Assembly: GCA_038108555.1 (NCBI GenBank)
Contig: JAYNIA010000028.1
Span: forward strand, 1-12,204
Direction of reading: 5' to 3'
Length of the DNA: 12,204 nt
Source of the DNA: Nitrospinota bacterium
Lineage (GTDB): Bacteria > Nitrospinota > Nitrospinia > Nitrospinales > VA-1
Shown here piece after piece: positions 1-7,126 of the stretch (positions within the stretch are counted from its first letter, which is position 1; each line of letters starts with the position of its first letter). The notes beneath the pieces were generated by a model. The model was given only the letters and a program-made list of their open reading frames with translations, did no database searches and was not told where the DNA came from. The translations under genes and the position numbers were made by a program.

Positions 1-57
1 ATTATTCCTCTACGCTTGACTCGTTGCCATTATAAACGATTTGCAACGCGAGGTAGC

Positions 58-585
58 TTATTTTTTAATTTGTCCCAATTTATCTTTGAAAACATTGAAA
101 CTATTGGAGTCGAACAGGACAAAGGCAACCGATTTTATAGAAGTATTTTGCGCCAAATAATTGATGGCCGCGTGCAGCAGAGTTTCTGCTGCGAGTTCCA
201 GGGGAAAGCCGAAAATGCCGGTGCTTAAGGCAGGAAAGGCGATGGATGTGATTTGATTTTCTTCGGCCCGCTTCAAGCTGTTGATCAGGGCGCTTTTGAG
301 TTTGTTGGTTTCATCTCCCTCACCCCATCGCGGTCCAACGGCGTGGATCACAAATTTGCATTTTAAATTTCCTGCAGGGGTGATGACGGCATCGCCGACG
401 GAACAATGGCCGATTTTGTCGCACTCCTTTTGAATTTCCGGCCCGCCTTTGCTGCGGATGGCTCCCGCCACACCTGCGCCCAGAATCAAATCCGAATTGG
501 CGGCGTTGACGATGGCCTGGGCGTCGCTTTCGGTGATGTCGCCCTGTTCCAGAATCAACTGGGACTGGTTGATGGTGACTTCCAT
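58..585 (-). CDS. Macrodomain protein (YmdB/MacroD-type O-acetyl-ADP-ribose deacetylase / ADP-ribosylhydrolase)
   Basis: 175 aa with canonical macro motifs QGDIT, AIVNAANxxLxxGAGVAGAI, VIHAVGP and FPALSTGIFGFP. Starts 1 nt after the dut stop. Confidence 0.95.
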   Translation of the reverse strand: MEVTINQSQLILEQGDITESDAQAIVNAANSDLILGAGVAGAIRSKGGPEIQKECDKIGHCSVGDAVITPAGNLKCKFVIHAVGPRWGEGDETNKLKSALINSLKRAEENQITSIAFPALSTGIFGFPLELAAETLLHAAINYLAQNTSIKSVAFVLFDSNSFNVFKDKLGQIKK

Positions 586-586
586 T

Positions 587-1018
587 TTATTTTCCTGTGG
601 AACCGAATCCCCCTTCGCTGCGGGCTGTTTCGTTCAATTCATCTGCGGCAAGAAATTTTACGCGTTCCACTTTCTGGATCAATATCTGTGCGATGCGATC
701 CCCCGGTTCGATAGGGAATTCGCTGTCGGAGTGATTGAAGAGAAGGACCTTTACTTCGCCACGGTAATGCGAGTCGATGACCCCGGCTCCGCAGTCGATT
801 CCTTTTTTTACGGCCAGTCCGCTTCGTGGCCAGATCAAACCGACATGCCCTTCCGGGATTTCAAGACGGAGCCCGGTTGCGACGAGCAATCGTTCCCCGG
901 GAGGAATCACGGTTTTTTCGGATGCGGTAATATCGGCCCCGGCGTCTCCGGCATGTGCGTACTGGGGAATTGTTCCTCCGGTCACCCGGCAGGTAAGATC
1001 GGATTCGTTTTCATTCAT
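587..1018 (-). CDS. dut: Trimeric dUTP diphosphatase (dUTPase)
   Basis: All five motifs are present: AGADI, PRSGLA, GVIDSHYRGE, GDRIAQ and RSEGGFGSTG. Confidence 0.98.
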   Translation of the reverse strand: MNENESDLTCRVTGGTIPQYAHAGDAGADITASEKTVIPPGERLLVATGLRLEIPEGHVGLIWPRSGLAVKKGIDCGAGVIDSHYRGEVKVLLFNHSDSEFPIEPGDRIAQILIQKVERVKFLAADELNETARSEGGFGSTGK

Positions 1019-1049
1019 TATTAAAGTCCGCGAGAAGTTTAAAAAGCGG

Positions 1050-1058
1050 ATTATATCA
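1050..1058 (-). promoter_or_regulatory. Putative extended -10 promoter for dut
   Basis: Minus strand reads TG-A-TATAAT about 30 nt upstream of the dut ATG. No good -35. Confidence 0.45.
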
Positions 1059-1072
1059 GGAGGAGGGGATTT

Positions 1073-1117
1073 AAAAAAAGAAAACCGGGAAGAGGGTGAA
1101 CGCCCCGCCTTTCCCGG
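1073..1117 (-). terminator. Intrinsic terminator / attenuator upstream of dut
   Basis: Minus strand CCGGGAA...TTCCCGG stem with an inner GGGG/CCCT helix, followed by TTTTCTTTTTTT. Confidence 0.75.
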
Positions 1118-1577
1118 ATAGTTAGTTCGTTTGGTTTTTTATAACTGCAACCGTCCTTGACAAGGAGAGAAAGATTTTCTGCTCCGGTAAGGGCGGGGCG
1201 CTTCCTTCTTTAAGAAAGGAGGCGGGCTACTTTCTTCCGGGTTTTACCCGGGGACAAAAAGGGACTCCATTCTACGCCAATTGGATAGATATCATCTGCC
1301 GAGATGCATCGCAGAGTTCGGCTGGCGCTCAAAACGTTTGGGGGTTTGGGAAGGGATTTGAGACTGCTATACATCCCACTGGTTGCTGTTAACATGTTCA
1401 ATTTGGGATGCATCTCATTCATTACTAATGGAATCCTCTTTTCTAGTAACCCGCCGCTGGAAGATCTGTCAAACCATCTCTCAATTTCTTTAGCCTTCCA
1501 AAAAAACGACACTGCAAATTGGGGCTGATAGTCAACGCCCATGTAAATCTATTCATCGCTTTATATTGTATGCTCCC
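1073..1577 (-). ncRNA. Candidate ~500-nt structured RNA (long 5' leader/attenuator of dut, or standalone ncRNA), family unknown
   Basis: Bounded by a sigma70 promoter (1581-1609) and a terminator. Nested helices 1445-1455/1221-1231, 1427-1442/1257-1271 and 1404-1413/1369-1378, plus 1183-1200/1101-1118. In the first three, each non-Watson-Crick pair is a G-U wobble on the minus strand. Confidence 0.6.
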
Positions 1578-1602
1578 GAAAAAGTACCACTACATATAGT
1601 AT
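1556..1602. promoter_or_regulatory. Tandem NrdR-box-like operator pair
   Basis: Cores CTTTATATTG (1559-1568) and CTACATATAG (1590-1599, within ccaCTACATATAGtat) resemble the NrdR consensus acaCwAtATaTwGtgt. They lie 31 bp apart, the known NrdR tandem spacing. Confidence 0.7.
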
Positions 1603-1609
1603 CTGTCAA
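1581..1609 (-). promoter_or_regulatory. Sigma70 promoter, predicted TSS ~1574-1577
   Basis: Minus strand TTGACA (1609-1604), 17-bp spacer ending TGG, TACTTT (1586-1581): a perfect -35 plus an extended -10. Confidence 0.75.
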
Positions 1610-1709
1610 GGGCTTATTTGAAAAAAATTGCTAAAAAACGAAGAAAACCTTATTTTATAATAAGTTAAGTGCGTCAAAAAAATTGTATTTTTCCAGGTTT
1701 TTTTTATTG

Positions 1710-1757
1710 ACGCCATATAAAGTATGCTTAAATTTTGTGTCTAACAAGATGTGGGGT
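1710..1757. promoter_or_regulatory. Second NrdR-box-like pair
   Basis: Cores CCATATAAAG (1713-1722) and CAAGATGTGG (1745-1754), 32 bp apart. More degenerate than the first pair. Confidence 0.45.
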
Positions 1758-1795
1758 GCCCAAATTTGGGCAGGTGTGGATAGATTTTGAATTTA

Positions 1796-3544
1796 TTATT
1801 GGGTTTTGAACTGGTTCATTTCGAGAGGAATGGGCTCCAGGTGCTTCTTCTTGATCCGATAATACCCATTTTTTCCGATAATTCGGGCGAAGTATTGTTG
1901 ATTGGTGGGTTCAAGATTTCCCACCGCCAGCTGGGCCATTTTTTCGGTTTCATTTTTCCAAATGCTGATTTTATAGGAAGGGGAGGTCAGCCCGGTAGAT
2001 TCGGGGGCTTTTTCTTCGGTAAAAAATTCGAATTCCAGCGCTTTCATGGTCCAAAGCAGGTCTTTTGGCAAAAACTCTTTTATTTTCATTTTTTCGGGTT
2101 GAGTCATGGCCCAGGTGGTTCCTGATTTTTTCAATTCGAAACTGGTTTTTGAAGTTTCGATGATAATTTTACTGGCTTCTTCGGAGTCAAACTTGAAAAG
2201 CTTTTTGTCGCGAAGTTCGTGAAAGCTTCGGAACAATTTTTTAGTCGTTTCTTTAGAAATCGAAAACACGGTGGATTCGCCGGTTCGTTGCGCGAAAACC
2301 TCATTACCTTCCAAATTGCTGTTACCAAAATGAATACTTATGGATTTCCCGTCGGTCAGAGCGATAGAAAAAGAACGTTTGGGTTTGTCGAGTCCAAAGG
2401 AGTCCGTTGCGTCCAAAGACAGTTTGATAAATTCGTTTATCTTGGCTTCTTTTAAGTCAAACAACACACTTCTAACCGTGGCCATGTCTGCTGCAGTCTC
2501 TTCCGGTTTTTTAATTTTCCAGTTTTCTTTATCGACACGAACCGTTTGAATCGTTTCCTTTTCCGTTTCGATATTTATTTCAGTGACATCTTTTTCTTCG
2601 AATTCGATCAGGGTTTTATTTAAAAAGTCGACATTCTTTTTATTAAGGGTGTCGCTGAATTTTGAATCCACCAGGAAAACCTGGGGAGTTCCCTCTTTCT
2701 TCGCATAGGTACCGGAACCAAATTTTGCATCACCGAGATGGATGGAATATTTCTTTTTGTCTTCGTCTTCCAGAAAGAGGGTCGTCGCGGGTTGGTCAAG
2801 GCCATAGGGTTTCAGTGATTCAGGCTTTTCGTTTTCAAATTTTTGAATGCGTGAAAACTGGAGTGCACGCAGGAAGGCCAAAACTGCGTCTTTGTCGCCT
2901 TTGGCTTTTATTTCTCCCTTTACCAGCCATTCCTCATTTTCCCGAACAAGATTTACCGGGTCCTTCTTCCTCTTGATCTCTATATAAGTGATGGAGCCGG
3001 AGCTAAAATTAAAAATTGTTTTATCTCTGAAGTCGTAAACCGATTTTTCGAACTTATCTTTGGAGGTTTCGGCTAAAAGGACTTTTGGATCACTTTCCAA
3101 TTTGAGATAAATTTTTCCTCCCATGGGGCTTTCGTTGCCTAATAACAGGGTCTCTTCGCGGCCGTCTTTAAATTTAAAATGAATTTTGCGGGAGGGATTT
3201 TTCAGGCCGAATTGAGAAAGGTCTTTCGGATTTTCTTCGACGACACGTGATTTTTCCAGGTTCTCTATTTCCGACAGGAAAGATTCGACTTCGGGATTGT
3301 CACCTTGTGATTTCAGAGGTTCTGAAAGATCCCAAGTGGTGTCCGCCTTCTGTTGAAGGGTGATGGAATGGTCATTATTAATTAAGGAGAATTCCTGGAC
3401 ATTTGCGGTTTTGAAATAAAAAACTTTTCCGGCAATTTCTTTTTCTTCAGCTTTCTTTTTTTCAGCAGGCAGGTCGACCAGGAAGTAGTACATTCCCAGA
3501 CCGAGGAAAACGACCCCCATCCAGGCCGTTCCTTTAAACTTCAT
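1796..3544 (-). CDS. DUF4340-like membrane-anchored extracytoplasmic protein with four tandem ~140-aa repeats (accessory to the Gld-type ABC system)
   Basis: N-terminal TM anchor, then four units each ending in a (Y/F)GLxxP-like motif, linked by DFRDKTIF/DFLNKTLI/ELRDKKLF. Start placed at 3544 (ATGA overlap with the upstream stop, with AGGAG upstream) rather than 3562. Confidence 0.85.
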   Translation of the reverse strand: MKFKGTAWMGVVFLGLGMYYFLVDLPAEKKKAEEKEIAGKVFYFKTANVQEFSLINNDHSITLQQKADTTWDLSEPLKSQGDNPEVESFLSEIENLEKSRVVEENPKDLSQFGLKNPSRKIHFKFKDGREETLLLGNESPMGGKIYLKLESDPKVLLAETSKDKFEKSVYDFRDKTIFNFSSGSITYIEIKRKKDPVNLVRENEEWLVKGEIKAKGDKDAVLAFLRALQFSRIQKFENEKPESLKPYGLDQPATTLFLEDEDKKKYSIHLGDAKFGSGTYAKKEGTPQVFLVDSKFSDTLNKKNVDFLNKTLIEFEEKDVTEINIETEKETIQTVRVDKENWKIKKPEETAADMATVRSVLFDLKEAKINEFIKLSLDATDSFGLDKPKRSFSIALTDGKSISIHFGNSNLEGNEVFAQRTGESTVFSISKETTKKLFRSFHELRDKKLFKFDSEEASKIIIETSKTSFELKKSGTTWAMTQPEKMKIKEFLPKDLLWTMKALEFEFFTEEKAPESTGLTSPSYKISIWKNETEKMAQLAVGNLEPTNQQYFARIIGKNGYYRIKKKHLEPIPLEMNQFKTQ

Positions 3545-5097
3545 AAACCCCTTCTCCTCCACCAGATGCGAATGCCGGTGCCGGCCACGATCCCAGGAAA
3601 CACCAGCAGGCCCAGAACAAAAATGGCGCTACCCCAGGATTTAGTTAAATGGATTGGTGTGTTTTTCTTTTCCTTGGGACGAATGGAAATCAGGTTTTCT
3701 TCTTCAGCCAGCCAGGATACGGCATTGAGAAAGAAATCTCCATTTCCGGAAAAGCTGGTGTACCGATTGTTGGCAAAATCCGAGTCGCCAATAACAACCA
3801 GGCTTGCTTTCGGTTGATTTTTTTTATGTTCGTGCGGTTCGCCGGTCTCTTTTTCGGCTTTGCCTTTCTCTAAAAGTTTTGTAGTGACTACCGCAACCGG
3901 GACCGGGCCTTTCAGATCGGTGGCTTCATCAAACTTCACCGTGCCCGACTCAAAGTCCGATTCCCCCCAACTATTGGCGCTGGTTTTTAACAATTCGACC
4001 GTTTCGTATTTTGAACTTGGGATGGTTTTAACGGATTGGATAATAGGAAAGATAGTTGCCAGGGCAAAATCACTGGTTATTTCGTGCACCGTATATTGGT
4101 TTACCACAGGGGCAGCAAAGTCACCGCCAAACAGTTTGGAAAGGGGGTCGATAACAATATCACCTCCCAATTCAATACCCCAGTTTTTCAGGAAATTTTC
4201 CATCCCATGTTTTGCTTTCGGGTCTGCGAGCAGCATGACAGCACCTCCCTTATCAAGGTATGCTTGCAATGCTTTTTGTTCTTCTATTTGAATAGGTTTT
4301 TTGGGTCCGGCAATAACCAGGGCAGAAGCATCTTCCGGGATTTCTCCGGTTTGCAGAAGGAGCAGGGATTTTACTTTGAAACCATCCTGTTCCAGATTTT
4401 TCCTGGCTGTCTGGTAACCCTCGTTTTCCGTGCTATCGATCTGGCTTTCTCCGTGGCCTTCAAGGAAATAAATTGTCTTTTGTTCATCGCGTGTGACTTT
4501 TAGCAATGCGTTGGTAAGGTTTTCTTCAGTGGCGTTTTGAATTTTGGTTTCTTTGGAACCGCTTTCTAAAACAATGGTGCCATAAGTGGTGACACCATAT
4601 TGTTTCGTCACAGCAGGATTTTTGTCGGGATCAACATAAGTTACATCAATTTTTTCAGTTTCTTCCTGATATCCTGAAATCAAATTTGAAAATGCAATTT
4701 TCTCTGCGGTTTCAACCTGGAAAAATGCAGTTAGTTTAACTTCGCGTGGAAGATTAGAAACAAACTTTTTGGTTTGCGGGGCCAGGGTGAACAGGTTGCC
4801 TTCAGTAAAGTCGAACCGGTGTTTGTGGCGATGAATGAGAAGGTTGACAAAAATTAAAATACCGAGGAATACAGCAGTCAATACTATTGCATTGGTTCCA
4901 TGCTGGGCGGTTCTTGATGAAAAGAATTTTTTCAGATTAGTTCCCTCGGAGATCAGATAAAAAATTCCATTGGAAATGGAAATAGCTGTAAGTGAAAAGA
5001 TCAGGACTTTTAGATCGGGAAGAACAATATAAAAAAACAACGCCATAAACCCTGATATCAGAGTCAGCCAGCCTGCTGCTTTGGCAAATTTTTTCAT
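3541..5097 (-). CDS. GldG-family ABC transporter auxiliary component
   Basis: Three N-terminal TM segments, RFDFTEGNLFTLAPQT, YVDPDKNP, IYFLEGHGE, LVIAGPK, VIGDSDF, NGDFFLNAVSWL, and a C-terminal TM followed by WWRRR. Confidence 0.9.
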   Translation of the reverse strand: MKKFAKAAGWLTLISGFMALFFYIVLPDLKVLIFSLTAISISNGIFYLISEGTNLKKFFSSRTAQHGTNAIVLTAVFLGILIFVNLLIHRHKHRFDFTEGNLFTLAPQTKKFVSNLPREVKLTAFFQVETAEKIAFSNLISGYQEETEKIDVTYVDPDKNPAVTKQYGVTTYGTIVLESGSKETKIQNATEENLTNALLKVTRDEQKTIYFLEGHGESQIDSTENEGYQTARKNLEQDGFKVKSLLLLQTGEIPEDASALVIAGPKKPIQIEEQKALQAYLDKGGAVMLLADPKAKHGMENFLKNWGIELGGDIVIDPLSKLFGGDFAAPVVNQYTVHEITSDFALATIFPIIQSVKTIPSSKYETVELLKTSANSWGESDFESGTVKFDEATDLKGPVPVAVVTTKLLEKGKAEKETGEPHEHKKNQPKASLVVIGDSDFANNRYTSFSGNGDFFLNAVSWLAEEENLISIRPKEKKNTPIHLTKSWGSAIFVLGLLVFPGIVAGTGIRIWWRRRGL

Positions 5098-5101
5098 AAA
5101 G

Positions 5102-5869
5102 TTATCTCCAGCGGTTCGAGTCTAAAGTTCGATGGCAAAGGAAAAGTCCAAAAATGATAAAAGAAATGTAGTAAGCCAGGTCGCTGGTTTCTATCATGCC
5201 TTTTAAGAAGCGATCCATATGTTCAATAACGGAAAGGTATTGAAGTACCTGCCCTGTTCCGGAGTCTGCAGTTTGCGCCCCCCATCCAATGACCCACATG
5301 AACAGGGAAAAACCAAAGGTGATTACCGCCGCCACGATTTGATTCTCTGTCAAAGAAGAAGCAAATATTCCGACGGATACATAACAACCCGCCATTAGGA
5401 GTACCCCCAGGTATCCTGTGAGTACAGGGCCGAGGTCCGGCTCGCCAATCATAAATAAAAATCCAATGGAGTAACTGGAAAGAAATATCATTAGGAAAAC
5501 TACAATCATGCATGCCATAAATTTTCCGAAAACGATTTCTTTTAAATGAACGGGAGAAGAAAGAAGAAGGCGAAAAGTTTTAGATTTTTTTTCCTCAGCA
5601 AAACTCCGCATGGTCACCACTGGGATTATCAGTAGCAAAATCACTGCCATGTTTTGAAAGCTTGGCTCAATAACCATTTCATTAATATTCAGGGCCATGC
5701 CCATTTGCTGGAATTGTCCTGACTGCATGCTTTGCAGACTGAAAAAGCTGAGGATGTTTATAAAAATATAACTGTAGACCATAAGGAATACGGTGGTGAC
5801 CACATAGAAAATGGGTGAATTAAAAAAGGAGCCCAGGTCTCTTTTAGCTATGATCCAACTGTTTTTCAT
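5102..5869 (-). CDS. ABC-2 type permease (GldF-like)
   Basis: About six TM helices with motifs IAKRDL..FFNSPIFY, TMRSFAEEKK..T..LL.SSP and SSLTENQIVAA. ATGA overlap with the ATPase stop. Confidence 0.93.
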   Translation of the reverse strand: MKNSWIIAKRDLGSFFNSPIFYVVTTVFLMVYSYIFINILSFFSLQSMQSGQFQQMGMALNINEMVIEPSFQNMAVILLLIIPVVTMRSFAEEKKSKTFRLLLSSPVHLKEIVFGKFMACMIVVFLMIFLSSYSIGFLFMIGEPDLGPVLTGYLGVLLMAGCYVSVGIFASSLTENQIVAAVITFGFSLFMWVIGWGAQTADSGTGQVLQYLSVIEHMDRFLKGMIETSDLAYYISFIIFGLFLCHRTLDSNRWR

Positions 5870-6801
5870 GCGGCAGGTTCCTTTTCTTCAAGAGTGAGTT
5901 TGAGGAAAATATCTTCCAGCGTCATGGAAACAGGTTTGAGCTCTACGATTCCCCAATTATTTTCCAGGGCCAGTTTTGCAATTTTATCTTGAAGGTTTGA
6001 TCGTAATGCGCATTCAACCAGATATTCGTTTTCCTCTCCCTTGACCGCAGAAATTACCTGTTCCAGGCCTTGTAATTTTTCGATGACACTATCCTGAGGG
6101 AGTCTTATTTTTAAAGAAAGGCGTTCGCTTTTTCTTAAAGAAGCGGTTAGGCCACCGAGAGAATCTATGGCGGCAATCTCTCCTTCGTTAATAATGATCA
6201 CCCGTTTGCAGATTTGTGTGATTTCGGGAAGAATGTGAGAGCTGAGAATAATAGTATGTTCTTCAGCAAGCTCCTGAATCAGTTTTCGAATTTCAATGAT
6301 TTGAATCGGGTCCAGTCCAATCGTGGGTTCGTCAAGAATCAGGATTTCAGGGTCGTGGACCATGGCTTGCGCCAATCCCACCCGTTGTTGGTAGCCTTTG
6401 GAAAGTCTTCCAATTATGCGGTGCCCCACATCTTTTAAGGAGCACTTTTGGATAACCCGGTCGACAGAGGCGGGAATATTTTTGCCATCAATACCTCTTA
6501 CGCCGGCTGCAAACTTTAAATAATCTTTGACAACCATATCGGAGTATAACGGAGGGGTTTCCGGAAGATATCCAATGATCTTGCGAATTTCAAGGGATTG
6601 GTCAAAGGTGTCGAAACCGTTTATTCTGGCGCTTCCGCTGGAAGCGGGAAGAATGCAGGAAATAATATTCATCGTTGTGCTTTTGCCCGCACCGTTGGGA
6701 CCGAGAAACCCGACAACTTCGCCTTTTTCTATTTGAAACGAAATATTGTTTATGGCACAACGAGTCCCATAATAACGAGTCAGGTCTTTAACCTCTATCA
6801 T
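5866..6801 (-). CDS. ABC transporter ATP-binding protein (GldA-like)
   Basis: Walker A GPNGAGKST, signature LSKGYQQR, Walker B ILILDEPT, H-loop SSH. GGAG 7 nt before the ATG. Confidence 0.97.
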   Translation of the reverse strand: MIEVKDLTRYYGTRCAINNISFQIEKGEVVGFLGPNGAGKSTTMNIISCILPASSGSARINGFDTFDQSLEIRKIIGYLPETPPLYSDMVVKDYLKFAAGVRGIDGKNIPASVDRVIQKCSLKDVGHRIIGRLSKGYQQRVGLAQAMVHDPEILILDEPTIGLDPIQIIEIRKLIQELAEEHTIILSSHILPEITQICKRVIIINEGEIAAIDSLGGLTASLRKSERLSLKIRLPQDSVIEKLQGLEQVISAVKGEENEYLVECALRSNLQDKIAKLALENNWGIVELKPVSMTLEDIFLKLTLEEKEPAA

Positions 6802-7016
6802 TCTGATGCTCCATTACAACTCCTGGAAATCTGCAAAATATCTCTTTGGTTATTGCTATAGAAAATAGCGAATTGGAAAAATCAAAGGTCAACTGAGTAA
6901 AAAAAAATTAGCACAGGGAATTCATTATTTTCAATTAAAAATTTTTAACAATTCTACCAATTGGGGATATGTCAGCGGGTTAAAACCAACCTGTTCCATA
7001 CTGCCGGTTTTCTTAA

Positions 7017-7044
7017 TTCCTCTCTCTTGCCACTGAGGGAGGGA
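7017..7044. repeat. Intergenic inverted repeat (REP-like hairpin)
   Basis: TTCCTCTCTC-ttgccact-GAGGGAGGGA: 10-bp stem with two G-U pairs when read on the plus strand. Confidence 0.4.
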
Positions 7045-7126
7045 GTGCAAGTCAATTTACAGTAAAAGGGGTAAAACATCAATTTGCTAAACAGGCATCG
7101 CCAATATGGGTTGCGGCGACTTGCTG

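Noticed and set aside
1..57. Possible promoter (TATAAT 34-29) and SD (AGAGGA 11-6) for a next minus-strand gene, plus a CGTTGC/GCAACG hairpin
   Set aside because: The start codon would lie outside the window, so it cannot be supported.
58..585. DarG antitoxin or anti-phage system
   Set aside because: Motifs are YmdB/MacroD-type, there is no DarG C-terminal domain, and no darT or other defence gene is adjacent within the window.
1337..1356. G-quadruplex on the plus strand (GGGGGTTTGGGAAGGG)
   Set aside because: Only three G3+ runs, not a canonical four-run motif.
1073..1577. Identification as tmRNA, RNase P RNA, SRP RNA, 6S RNA, T-box or cobalamin riboswitch
   Set aside because: No tRNA-like T-arm/CCA end (GGGGCTGAT at 1521 is only a superficial tmRNA-like start), no GAGGAAAGTCC, no SRP domain IV, no UGGNACC T-box, no B12 box, and it is not a single 6S-like rod. 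Judged by eye; cmscan is needed to confirm.
1620..1795. Replication origin
   Set aside because: Only one degenerate DnaA box and no dnaA/dnaN/gidA context.
7029..7044. Cobalamin riboswitch suggested by GCCACTG..GGGAGG
   Set aside because: Wrong strand for the downstream genes and the other conserved B12-element blocks are missing.
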